Source: an uncultured archaeon
GTDB taxonomy: Archaea > Asgardarchaeota > Thorarchaeia > Thorarchaeales > Thorarchaeaceae
Assembly: GCA_964458565.1 (NCBI GenBank)
Contig: CAYWJO010000004.1
Location: 32,001-96,000, forward strand
Direction of reading: 5' to 3'
DNA length: 64,000 nucleotides
Position 1 is the stretch's first letter; each line of letters starts with the position of its first letter. Both the position numbers and the translations under genes were made by a program. This document shows, piece by piece, positions 9,847 to 19,710 of the stretch. Below the pieces are notes generated by a model that made no database searches, was not told where the DNA came from, and saw nothing but the letters and a program-made list of their open reading frames with translations.

Positions 9847-11216
9847 AAAAAATGGATTTGGATACAGATGTCCTGATAATCGGTGGTGGCATGGCTGGTT
9901 TAGTTGCTGGAATAATTGCTAACGAAACTGGTCTTAAGACAGTTCTTATCAGAAAAGGACAGAGTGCGACATCCTACTCTTCAGGTGCAATTGACATCAT
10001 TGGATATCTCCCTGAGAGTAGTGAATCGTTTGCTTCTCCTTCACGTGGATTGGAGGCTGTCATGAGTCTATATCCCTTCCATCCTTATGGATTACTTGGT
10101 TTCACAGAATCCAAATCTGATCGGAATCTTGACCAAGCTATTACTAAAGTCAAAAATACAATAGATTGGATCAAGAAACACTTTGAGAATACTCCGGCTT
10201 CTCTAGTAGGTGATTTCTCCGAGAACTTGAATCCAATTACAGTTCTTGGAACTACAAAACCAACGTGTCTTATACAGGAAACGATGTGCCCTCCAAACCT
10301 CAATGACGATGATGTTTTACTATTTGCTGGCATCCGAGGACATCCAGATTTCAATGCAACAACTGCTGCAAATACATTTCTTGACCATCAGAGTAGATAT
10401 GGACTTCCTCCAAATAGAGTTGTAAGCTGTGATATTGACCTCACCCCTTTTGGAAAGGCTTACAATATCTCCTCAATAGAGATAGCTCGCCACCTCGACC
10501 ATGCTGGCTCAATAGAGGACCTGATTGTTCCTCTTAGCGATTATGTTAGTAGGAGTGAGGCGACTGCTATCGCTCTACCACCAATACTAGGTTTACGGAA
10601 ATCGAAGACGAATCGAGACCTTCTTGAACAAGCCTTCGGTATGAGCGTCTTTGAGCTACTTTCCCTTCCACCATCTATTCCAGGTCTTAGATTGCAGAAT
10701 TCACTTGAGGATATTTACAAATCTACAGGTGGTTCATTATTGGTTGGTCATGAAGCCGTATCGTTCTCTCATGATGACATGCGAATCAAATCAGTCACAG
10801 CGAAAACACCAATGCGTGAAGTAACCATCAAATTAGAATCGATTGTTTTAGCTACCGGGAAATTCATCGGTGGTGGACTTCAGTCAGCATCTGTCGGTTT
10901 GAAGGAATCAGTATTCAATCTCATGACTGTTAACAGCATTTTCCAATCCGCAAAGGAATTACGTCCTGATCGGTCAACAAACATTAGAGCCCTTCCTGAG
11001 GATGGCCATGATATCTTTAGTATTGGCTTAAGCGTTGATCCACAGTTCAGGCCAGTAAAAAATGATGGCCATCAATTTGCTGACAACCTATTTTGTGCTG
11101 GGTCTCTGTTAGCTAGCTACAATTATGCAGCTGAAAAGAGTGGACTAGGAGTTGCTCTTGTTACGGGACTTGAAGCAGGGAAGAATGCTGCTAACGCTGT
11201 TAGGATGGTGAAATAG
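9843..11216 (+). CDS. glpB: Anaerobic glycerol-3-phosphate dehydrogenase subunit B
   Basis: IIGGGMAG, SSGAID, LPPSIPGLRL, LATGKFIGGGL and SGLGVALVTG motifs; directly after glpA. Confidence 0.9.
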   Translation: MKKMDLDTDVLIIGGGMAGLVAGIIANETGLKTVLIRKGQSATSYSSGAIDIIGYLPESSESFASPSRGLEAVMSLYPFHPYGLLGFTESKSDRNLDQAITKVKNTIDWIKKHFENTPASLVGDFSENLNPITVLGTTKPTCLIQETMCPPNLNDDDVLLFAGIRGHPDFNATTAANTFLDHQSRYGLPPNRVVSCDIDLTPFGKAYNISSIEIARHLDHAGSIEDLIVPLSDYVSRSEATAIALPPILGLRKSKTNRDLLEQAFGMSVFELLSLPPSIPGLRLQNSLEDIYKSTGGSLLVGHEAVSFSHDDMRIKSVTAKTPMREVTIKLESIVLATGKFIGGGLQSASVGLKESVFNLMTVNSIFQSAKELRPDRSTNIRALPEDGHDIFSIGLSVDPQFRPVKNDGHQFADNLFCAGSLLASYNYAAEKSGLGVALVTGLEAGKNAANAVRMVK

Positions 11217-12455
11217 ATGGACGAGCAGGAATCTTTTGAATACGCAAAGCAGACCTTGAAGGTGGAGAAGATCACACCATATAGTAATGAGGATTTCAAA
11301 ATTGTCCAATCGGTTCAAAAATGTATCAACTGTGGCATTTGCCTCAGCCATTGCCCGGTTGTGGGCGCCGTTGGCATTAATCGATTCTCCGGACCTAGAA
11401 GTATTGCTGTTGAACTCAGTCGTTCCCCACCTGAGTTCTGGACTACATCAGATACAATTTACCTATGTACAGGATGTGGTACATGTCGTGAGGTATGCCC
11501 ACAAAATGTAAACGTGCCAGAGATTGTCAATATAGTAAGAGCCAGAATCATGGACCATAGACCTGATCTAGTTCCCAAAGGCCTTCACGTTGTTCATGAG
11601 GTGATTTCAGAACATAAACTGGCTTTCGAACCATGGGATGATATCGAAGAGAAACGCGAGAGTCGAGATATGCGTCTTGAACACTATGACCTTCCTCATA
11701 TCGAAGACCGGATTGTTGATGATGCAGACGTTTTATTTTATCCCGGTTGTCAAGCAGAAGAACGCGCTCAGGAGGTACGAGAGGCTGCGAAACTCATTCT
11801 TGACCACTTCAATGTCAATTATACTCTATTGAATGAAATGAGTTGTTGTGGCTTACCATCCAAGCTTCTTGGTGATAATAGTTCTTTTAGAGAATTAGGG
11901 TCCATAATCACAGAGAAGGTTAAAAAATCCGGAATCAAAATTCTAGTCACTACTTGCGCAGGTTGCACATCAAATCTTAATGAAGTATCCGAACAAGAAG
12001 AATGGGGTATACCGGTTTATCATCTACTAGAGTTTCTTGAAAACGAAATCGGGTTGGATAAATTCAAAGAGAATCTGAAACCTGTTGATAAACGAATCAC
12101 AACAAAGATTGCAGTTCATGATCCCTGTCATCTGATTCGCCATACAGCACGAGAGATTCATGATATTATGTTGAAAATCCTCGCTATCTTACCCGATGTT
12201 GAATATGTACCAACTGGGGTTACTGATTCATGCTGTGGTGGAGGTGGAATGGTTTCTTACCATGCAAAGGATGTTTCCGATGCAGTTGTTGAAGAAAATC
12301 TTGTTGGAATAAATAACACAGATGCCGAACGGCTTGTTGCACCATGTCCATTATGTACAGCACAGCTTGAGAACTCCCTTTACCGAAGTGGCTCTTCAAT
12401 CGAAGTCGATGATCTTACAGTATTCATCGCTCAACGACTAAAACTCAAGAGGTGA
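11217..12455 (+). CDS. glpC: GlpC/HdrD-like Fe-S subunit (2x 4Fe-4S + two CCG domains)
   Basis: Two CxxCxxCxxxCP motifs, SCCG and CCGGGG motifs; third gene of glpABC. Confidence 0.82.
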   Translation: MDEQESFEYAKQTLKVEKITPYSNEDFKIVQSVQKCINCGICLSHCPVVGAVGINRFSGPRSIAVELSRSPPEFWTTSDTIYLCTGCGTCREVCPQNVNVPEIVNIVRARIMDHRPDLVPKGLHVVHEVISEHKLAFEPWDDIEEKRESRDMRLEHYDLPHIEDRIVDDADVLFYPGCQAEERAQEVREAAKLILDHFNVNYTLLNEMSCCGLPSKLLGDNSSFRELGSIITEKVKKSGIKILVTTCAGCTSNLNEVSEQEEWGIPVYHLLEFLENEIGLDKFKENLKPVDKRITTKIAVHDPCHLIRHTAREIHDIMLKILAILPDVEYVPTGVTDSCCGGGGMVSYHAKDVSDAVVEENLVGINNTDAERLVAPCPLCTAQLENSLYRSGSSIEVDDLTVFIAQRLKLKR

Positions 12456-12464
12456 GTATCAATT

Positions 12465-13889
12465 TTGGATTCCAAGAAAAAGAGAGAGATTGCTGAACTC
12501 ATGGGGGAAATAGTAGGGTCCGAAAATGTTTCTATTCATGAAACCGACATGGTACTTAACTCAGTTGACGCATGGCCACTAAGTGAAGCAAAAATCCGCG
12601 CAGGTGAGATGCTTCCACTTGCTGATATTGTAGTATTTCCTAATTCTACTGAAGAAGTGTCTGAAATTCTAAAAATAGCTAACAAACACAAAATACCCCT
12701 AGTTCCAGTTGGAGGTGGGGCTGGTACTTGTGGAGGGACTCTTCCCATATATGGTGGGATACAGCTTGATTTGAAAAGAATGGATAAAATTCTCGAGATC
12801 GATCACGAATCCCTTACAGTAAGAGCGCAAGCTGGAATTATTGGAATTGATCTTGACGAAGATGTGTTGAGACACGGGTATATCACCGGACACACTCCAA
12901 CCTCTCTCAGAGCATCGAATCTGGGTGGATTCATTGCCACTCGTTCAGGTGGTTCAATGTCTTCCTTGTATGGAAAAATAGAGGATCTAACACTTGGTTT
13001 GCAGGTGGTTCTCCCAAATGGAACTATCATTGAATTGAAAGCTGTTCCCAGACATTCAGTTGGTCCAGATTTGAAACAGCTCTTCATCGGCTCTGAGGGG
13101 ACTCTTGGAATTATTACTGAGGCAACTCTGAGACTTTTCAAAATTCCTGAGAAGCGGTCATTTAGGAGCATGTGCTTCAAGGATGTAAAGAGTGGTCTAG
13201 CTGCGATAAGAGAGATTTTTCATTCCAGTATTAATCCTTCTATAGTTCGTCTCTATGATTCTGAAGACACAGCGATGGCAATGTCAAACCATTTTGATAT
13301 TGATGAGGGTGACTGTATGCTACTCTTGGCTTTTGATGGACGAAAGGATGAAGTTGATTTAGATGAACGTGATTCCTCAGAAATCTGTCTGAAGCATGGT
13401 GCTAGAGATTACGGAGAAGGACCATCCGAGAGGTGGTGGAATCATCGATATGATATGTACTATCCTACAAAATACACAACCGCAGGTTTCTCAATTGGAG
13501 ATACGATTGATATTGTAGCTACCTACGACAAGCTTGAGAATGTATATTGGGCAATGAAGGAGGCTATGGAGGCTCATGATGTGGTTGTGATGTCGCATTT
13601 CTCGCATATGTATCCAAATGGTGGAAGCATCTACATGATTTTCTTCTTATCAGCGCCTGATGCTGAAAGTGCTTGGGAGAAATACAAACTTGTTTGGGAT
13701 GATGGAATATCTGCCTGTCACAGAGAAGGAGGTATAATGAGCCATCAACATGGTGTAGGATTATCACGATCTAATTACAATGAAGGTGAATGGGGTCCTG
13801 CATTTGATGTTCTTCGCCAAATCAAAAGGATGTTGGATCCCAATGGGATTATGAATCCTGGAAAAATGGGTTTCGGAGGCGAGTTTTAA
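12465..13889 (+). CDS. FAD-binding oxidoreductase, alkyl-dihydroxyacetone-phosphate synthase (AGPS)-like
   Basis: VPVGGGAG, GHTPTS...LGGFIATRSGG..S..YGKIED, GPDLKQLFIGSEGTLGIITEA, SHFSHMY, GGIMSHQHGVG and LDPNGIMNPGK motifs. Confidence 0.85.
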   Translation: MDSKKKREIAELMGEIVGSENVSIHETDMVLNSVDAWPLSEAKIRAGEMLPLADIVVFPNSTEEVSEILKIANKHKIPLVPVGGGAGTCGGTLPIYGGIQLDLKRMDKILEIDHESLTVRAQAGIIGIDLDEDVLRHGYITGHTPTSLRASNLGGFIATRSGGSMSSLYGKIEDLTLGLQVVLPNGTIIELKAVPRHSVGPDLKQLFIGSEGTLGIITEATLRLFKIPEKRSFRSMCFKDVKSGLAAIREIFHSSINPSIVRLYDSEDTAMAMSNHFDIDEGDCMLLLAFDGRKDEVDLDERDSSEICLKHGARDYGEGPSERWWNHRYDMYYPTKYTTAGFSIGDTIDIVATYDKLENVYWAMKEAMEAHDVVVMSHFSHMYPNGGSIYMIFFLSAPDAESAWEKYKLVWDDGISACHREGGIMSHQHGVGLSRSNYNEGEWGPAFDVLRQIKRMLDPNGIMNPGKMGFGGEF

Positions 13890-15001
13890 TGGATACTGAT
13901 GTGATTGCTGGTCATGTCAGAATGTGTGCAGCATGTCCTAAAATGTGTAGACATGTCTGTCCAACTTTTTTTGCATGGAAATCTGATTCACCAACTCCTC
14001 ACAGTCGTGCTTTACTTATCCATCAAGATATTATTGGTACAAGAAATCTTGACGAAAGAGCAATTGAGGTCATCTATCAATGTTTGGAGTGCAGTCACTG
14101 TCTTACTTGGTGTAAACCAGAAATCGACATTGCTGAGATTGTTGAGCAGAAACGAACCGAATTGGTGAAAGAAGGTCGTTATCCGCGAAAGCTTGAAGAG
14201 ATGAGGAAGAATATTTCTGACTTTCATAACCCTTATGGAGAAAAAGATAACGCACGAATACAATGGAATTCATCCAATGAAAAGGCCAAAGGCAAAAAGG
14301 TGTTTTATTTTGCTGGTTGTACAGCAAGTTACCGCGAACAAACTATTGCAAAGGAAACCGTATCCTCTCTTGGAAACCTTGGGTTTCAAGTAGTAGTTGA
14401 TGAGACGGAACAATGCTGTGGATCTCCATTATTCAGAACCGGTTTTACTGATGACGCTCTTAGGAAGGCTGAATTTAATACCAGACTTCTCAATGAAACA
14501 GATTGCGAATCGATTATTGTGACTTGTCCTGGTTGTTATCGTGCGTTAACACGTGACTATCCAAAACACGGTCTAGAAATCAACAAACCCATTCAACATA
14601 TCAGTGAATTTTTGTCAGAGCGACTTGAATCACTTCCAGCCAAGCAAATGCAGGGCTCCTTCACATATCATGATCCTTGTCATCTTGGACGACATTTAGG
14701 TGTTTATGATGCTCCTCGATCTGTGCTAAATCGGATATTTGTTGCTGACTTGATTGAGATGGAACGTCACGGTGACAATGCAACTTGCTGTGGTAATGGG
14801 GCTGGCCTACGTACACTATTTAGTGAGCAAGCTCATGAGATTGGGGCAGAACGAGTAAAACAAGCTCTTAGAACTGGGGCTGATTATCTGATAACTGCAT
14901 GCCCCTTCTGCAAGAATATGTTGGACTCTGAATCTGATGGACAGATAACAGTTTTAGATTTATCAGAAATTATAGGTCTTGCAATGAGGAGTAAGGATTA
15001 G
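13889..15001 (+). CDS. CCG-domain Fe-S oxidoreductase subunit
   Basis: CAACPKMCRHVCP, CLECSHC, FAGC, CCG, YHDPCHLGR, CCGNG and ACPFC motifs; overlaps the stop codon of the AGPS-like gene. Confidence 0.88.
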   Translation: MDTDVIAGHVRMCAACPKMCRHVCPTFFAWKSDSPTPHSRALLIHQDIIGTRNLDERAIEVIYQCLECSHCLTWCKPEIDIAEIVEQKRTELVKEGRYPRKLEEMRKNISDFHNPYGEKDNARIQWNSSNEKAKGKKVFYFAGCTASYREQTIAKETVSSLGNLGFQVVVDETEQCCGSPLFRTGFTDDALRKAEFNTRLLNETDCESIIVTCPGCYRALTRDYPKHGLEINKPIQHISEFLSERLESLPAKQMQGSFTYHDPCHLGRHLGVYDAPRSVLNRIFVADLIEMERHGDNATCCGNGAGLRTLFSEQAHEIGAERVKQALRTGADYLITACPFCKNMLDSESDGQITVLDLSEIIGLAMRSKD

Positions 15002-15048
15002 AACCATATCCCAAGGTACAATAAAGCTTAAGCAAAAGAGAGGACATA

Positions 15049-16161
15049 ATGAATACTGAAGAGCTTCTCCGGTTAAAGATACGATTACTTACAGAGGGTG
15101 CTAGACTCCCGGAGGGTGAATACTCAGGTCGGAAAGGTGGTGCAGGACCTGTAGGAGCTCGATACTTCTTACTGCCAAATGGCAACCCAGTTGGGATTCC
15201 GATTCGATCCAAAGAGGAAGCTATCAAATACGAATCTAAAGAGATTCAATCGACTGAGAACCCATTAATCTGGTTATATGATGATTCTATAGAACTTGAA
15301 CTCGTTCCTTCTCCAAAATTCTACAAACTGAAGACAAGTGATGGATTTCAATTCTCCCAAATTGCATTACTTCATGGAAAGAATACACTTGCCACGACTG
15401 TGTATCAGCATTGCCGATATTGGGATCAAGGACTTCAATGTAAATTCTGTACGATTCCTCATTCTTTGAGTCAAGGGGCTACTATTCTTGAGAAAACACC
15501 TTCACAGATTATGGAGGTTGTGCAAGCCGCCGAAGAGGAAGGTGTTATAGAGAGTATTTTATTGACTACCGGAACCCCTGATACTGATGATTTGGGAGGT
15601 CAGAGATTTATCGATATTGTGAATGGAATTCGGTCTGTTTCTGAATTACCGATTGCCATACAGATTGAACCGCCTCTCGACAAAGAATGGATAAAACAGA
15701 TTCACGCAACTGGAGTTGATGCTATTGGGATACATATTGAAACATTTGATTCTACGTTAAGAGCTGAGATATGTCCCGGAAAATATGAACATGCTAGCAT
15801 TGAGAATTATATGGAGATTTGGCAGTATGCAGCAGGTCTCTTTAGCAAAGGAAATGTGAGCACTTTCATTTTACATGGTTTAGGTGAAAATCTGAATGAT
15901 ACTCTCTCACTTGTTAATGAACTATCAGAGATTGGAGTCCTCAGTGTTGTTGCACCTCTTCGTCCAGCAACGGGCAGTCAACTTAGTCAATACATTCCTC
16001 CTTACATTGGGCATCTGAATGAGTCGGTACAATTTTACAAAGCGATTGGTGAAATATTGTTCAGACATGATCTAAATCCCGCTTTGACACATGCGGGATG
16101 TCACAGGTGCGGGGGATGTACGCCAATTCAAGAAGCATACGATTGGGCGGCGTCTCAATAG
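15049..16161 (+). CDS. Radical SAM protein, MSMEG_0568/NitD-like family
   Basis: R.GGAGP N-terminal motif, IALLHG..LATTV.Q.C, atypical Cx8Cx2C (CRYWDQGLQCKFC), C-terminal AGCHRCGGC. Confidence 0.82.
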   Translation: MNTEELLRLKIRLLTEGARLPEGEYSGRKGGAGPVGARYFLLPNGNPVGIPIRSKEEAIKYESKEIQSTENPLIWLYDDSIELELVPSPKFYKLKTSDGFQFSQIALLHGKNTLATTVYQHCRYWDQGLQCKFCTIPHSLSQGATILEKTPSQIMEVVQAAEEEGVIESILLTTGTPDTDDLGGQRFIDIVNGIRSVSELPIAIQIEPPLDKEWIKQIHATGVDAIGIHIETFDSTLRAEICPGKYEHASIENYMEIWQYAAGLFSKGNVSTFILHGLGENLNDTLSLVNELSEIGVLSVVAPLRPATGSQLSQYIPPYIGHLNESVQFYKAIGEILFRHDLNPALTHAGCHRCGGCTPIQEAYDWAASQ

Positions 16162-16213
16162 ACAATATGCAGAAGTTTTTCAGGTAGGAATGTTCGCACA
16201 TGAGTGATATTCC

Positions 16214-16702
16214 ATGGCTGAGCTTCCGGCTGAAGAAATTAGGATCATCGAATTCAATGAAGATGATGCAGAAGAAATATCCGCACTTTTTAAACAGGTC
16301 TGGTTGCTGGCTGAGGAATATCCTAAGAAATGGCGAGAGTCCAGAATATATACTCCTGAACAAATCATCACTGATATGCGAAATGGGTATCACTATTTTG
16401 GTGCACGACTCCAAGGACAAATTGTAGGTCTCTATAAAGCAATCATTACAGAGAAGGGTCTGTTCGGAGAGCAGCAGACCGTGCATCCAGGCTGCAGAGC
16501 AAGTGGACTTGCATCAGCGATGTACATGCAATTTGCTGAATACGGTCGTAAGAATGGTTGTAAGAGAAATTACTGCAATATATTGGTAGGTCAAGAGGCA
16601 GGTGAAAAGCTCATGAAGCGATTCGCGTTTGCAAAATGGGGTGAGCCATATGAACAAATTGAAGGGATGTTAGTCCAAACATATGAGCGACTACTCGAAT
16701 AA
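16214..16702 (+). CDS. GNAT N-acetyltransferase
   Basis: VHPGCRASGLA motif A; 162 aa. Confidence 0.8.
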   Translation: MAELPAEEIRIIEFNEDDAEEISALFKQVWLLAEEYPKKWRESRIYTPEQIITDMRNGYHYFGARLQGQIVGLYKAIITEKGLFGEQQTVHPGCRASGLASAMYMQFAEYGRKNGCKRNYCNILVGQEAGEKLMKRFAFAKWGEPYEQIEGMLVQTYERLLE

Positions 16703-16777
16703 CAGCTACATTGCGTTGAAGGAAGCTCGTTTTTATATTTCCTATATCTATCTTTGCTAGTATCTGGTGATTTTCCA

Positions 16778-19645
16778 ATGCTCCGGTCCAGTAAATACGA
16801 AGGAAGCTCCGTATGGCCTCTTCAATATGCATTGCACTCGATATGGAGTAATTCCCTGAAGAGTATCGGTGTGATTCTTATACTGGCATCAGGGGTTTCT
16901 ATAGCTCCTGCAGTTATGACATGGACCGCGACAGGAATTAGAATAGCCTTGGATGATTACATTGATGACTCAATCTACCAAATGGGCGTTCGCGTGAAAT
17001 CTCTAAATGATCCCACCGCATTGCAGGCTCTTAGTGAGATTGAACATGTTTGTGAGAGAAATCCATGGATTGGAAATTATACGCGTATTCTGACCACAGC
17101 GTGTCTTGTTGATGGACATCTGAATCCAACAATGCAATATTCTTTCAATTTGGATTATTTTTATGGATATGGAATGAAGGATGCTAGTGTAATACTCGCT
17201 GATAATGATATGCTTGAAGATTGGGCTCCCATTTTTGAATGGGAGGGTAAATTCCAAATCAACGAAAATCAGGCTATTGTATCTGAACGATTTGTAGAAA
17301 CACTCTATGGTGTTTCTGGAGTTCTATATGGCATTGGTGATTTGATAAACATCGACATTGTGCTTGGTGCACACGGAGTGTATCCTGATGGAATGGTTGG
17401 AAATCGTCGATACACTATGATGAATCTTACAATAGTGGGGATATACAAAGTTGTGAAAGCCCCTACACTTCTTGGTGATGCTTTACATGGGCTTCAAAGA
17501 CTAATGTTTGACCCCTATAATGAATATACATTCTATGGCCTCTATGATGGTATAATTGTCAATGTGGATAGAGTATCACAAGAAGTGAAGGATGAAATCA
17601 AAACAAGAAGTTTCTTCAGACAGTCGATGATGATTCAAATTGATGGTAATTCACTTATCAATTCTGGAGAAGATAAAGTCGGATCGAATATACGGTTTCT
17701 TATTTCACGATTCAATGAGGAAATCACAGTAAATGCATGGGGTGTTCAGGAAACAGATAATCTTGAGTCTTACATTTCTGTCTATCTTGGTAGTCGTCTC
17801 ATTCTTGCGTTAGGATTACCTACTCTGCTTATTGCCATTTTCCTCGCTGTAAATACATCTGAGAGTAGTGTAACAAGCAGAAAGGGTGAGATGTCATTGC
17901 TACGATCAAAAGGAGCCTCTTATAATCAGATACTCTCAGGATTTATGTGGGAATCAGTTCTTCTTAGTGTAATCGCACTGTTTCTTGGAATCCTACTATC
18001 TACTCCATTAGCTGCTTATATTGGATCAAGTTCAGGTTTTCTCCAGACTGATCCTGAGTCTTTCGATATATTCATTTCAAAACCATTCATTCCGTATCTT
18101 GGATTAATATTGGCAGCTGGGATTTCACTATGTCTCCCTATGACCTATTTGATACACGTTGCACGACTTGTCGAAGTAGGAGAGGTTGGACGTCCCCTCG
18201 AAGATGAGTCTGCTGATGTTGAAGAAGAAACGCGAGGAACTGGGTCTTATGTAGGACTTTTGCTTTCAATGATGTTTATCATTGTAGGACCAATAATTCT
18301 ACCTACTGAATCTGTAGCAACTGTTGGAGCGATATTATTTGCTACCCTCCTTCTCTATGCAGCTTCGTATTTTGGAACCCAAATAACACGTAGGGGTATC
18401 GGTAAGATTGCAAATGATGCAGGATTCACTATGGGTGAAAAGAGTCTTTATCTTGCGAGGAGTTTACAGAAGCGTAAAGGCCAACATCTACCAATATTAA
18501 TTCTATTGACACTTATTCTTACATCTTCAACCATGCTTGTTGTACAATACAATAACTACACTGTTCATCTCAGTAATGAAATGGAGTATTCTATCGGAGC
18601 TGATGTACGAATCGAAACGGATGGTTCTCCCCTATCAATCAACTGGACAGTCTATCAGGTTCCAGGTGTCAAAGAGATAACACCTTTAATGAAATACTAT
18701 CGGATTGTTGCAACCGAACCTATCTACTTCATTGGAATTGATGCACCCGCGTTCTCTCGTATTGCTTATTTCAAAGAAGACAGTTTTAGTTCTGGGGCTG
18801 CAAAAGACGTCCTTGAAATATTAGATCAACAGCAAAATGGAATCGTTATTAGTACTTATCATGCTAATTTATGGAATATGAGTGTTGGAGATACACTCTC
18901 TATATTTGCTGACTTTATCGTTGTTGGCCTGATGGATCATCTTCCCGGTCTGGGTGTTGCAGCTTCTTCTGCTTACCCTGAAAATACACTTCCTCAAGCA
19001 ATGGATACTCAAGTGATTGGAGCTGGTTTCGCAATTGTGAACCTCGAATATCTTATGAATGTAACACATAAGTCTCGAGCTAATCTCTTTCTAGTTGATC
19101 TCTTTCCTCATGCAAATGTATCAAGTACTATCCGCGAATTAAATAACCGTCTGCCATCAGCAAAAGTAAGGTCCCCACTCACTCGAAATTTCTTATTTAC
19201 AGGACTTAGATCTCGTCTTTATTTGCAGGGATTATCTGGACTTCTATCAATCACATTTGTTATATCAACAGGAATGGGTATCTTTGCCGTTCTTACAATG
19301 TTGAGTTCATCTGTGGATTCTCGAAAAAACGAGTATGCCATTTTAAGAGCAATCGGTACTACAAGGGATGATATCACTAGATTAGTACTTGGGGAATTTC
19401 TTTCTATCGTTCTTGCAGTAGTATTCTTGAGTATGGCTCTGGGTATCTTCTTTGGAGGATTCCTGAGCAGTATGGCCTTCAATCTATCCCCATATATCCC
19501 AATTCTAAATCAGTCATTAAGTATTCCCTATAGTGTTCTTGGTGTACTTCTGCTGATTCAGGGTGCACTAATGGCTCTTGCGTGTTTAGTACCAGCAAGA
19601 TTGGCAAATAAGACAGACCCAGCCATTCAACTCAGGAATCTCTAG
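16778..19645 (+). CDS. FtsX/MacB-like ABC permease (two FtsX domains)
   Basis: RKGEMSLLRSKGAS and RKNEYAILRAIGT motifs, IGADVRI, C-terminal PARLANKTDP; ATG 16778 follows GGTGA. Confidence 0.88.
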   Translation: MLRSSKYEGSSVWPLQYALHSIWSNSLKSIGVILILASGVSIAPAVMTWTATGIRIALDDYIDDSIYQMGVRVKSLNDPTALQALSEIEHVCERNPWIGNYTRILTTACLVDGHLNPTMQYSFNLDYFYGYGMKDASVILADNDMLEDWAPIFEWEGKFQINENQAIVSERFVETLYGVSGVLYGIGDLINIDIVLGAHGVYPDGMVGNRRYTMMNLTIVGIYKVVKAPTLLGDALHGLQRLMFDPYNEYTFYGLYDGIIVNVDRVSQEVKDEIKTRSFFRQSMMIQIDGNSLINSGEDKVGSNIRFLISRFNEEITVNAWGVQETDNLESYISVYLGSRLILALGLPTLLIAIFLAVNTSESSVTSRKGEMSLLRSKGASYNQILSGFMWESVLLSVIALFLGILLSTPLAAYIGSSSGFLQTDPESFDIFISKPFIPYLGLILAAGISLCLPMTYLIHVARLVEVGEVGRPLEDESADVEEETRGTGSYVGLLLSMMFIIVGPIILPTESVATVGAILFATLLLYAASYFGTQITRRGIGKIANDAGFTMGEKSLYLARSLQKRKGQHLPILILLTLILTSSTMLVVQYNNYTVHLSNEMEYSIGADVRIETDGSPLSINWTVYQVPGVKEITPLMKYYRIVATEPIYFIGIDAPAFSRIAYFKEDSFSSGAAKDVLEILDQQQNGIVISTYHANLWNMSVGDTLSIFADFIVVGLMDHLPGLGVAASSAYPENTLPQAMDTQVIGAGFAIVNLEYLMNVTHKSRANLFLVDLFPHANVSSTIRELNNRLPSAKVRSPLTRNFLFTGLRSRLYLQGLSGLLSITFVISTGMGIFAVLTMLSSSVDSRKNEYAILRAIGTTRDDITRLVLGEFLSIVLAVVFLSMALGIFFGGFLSSMAFNLSPYIPILNQSLSIPYSVLGVLLLIQGALMALACLVPARLANKTDPAIQLRNL

Positions 19646-19710
19646 AAAATAACACATCCGAAAGGATATTAGACCACTAATATCGTGCCCCCTCGTGTAG
19701 AGGCAGTATC

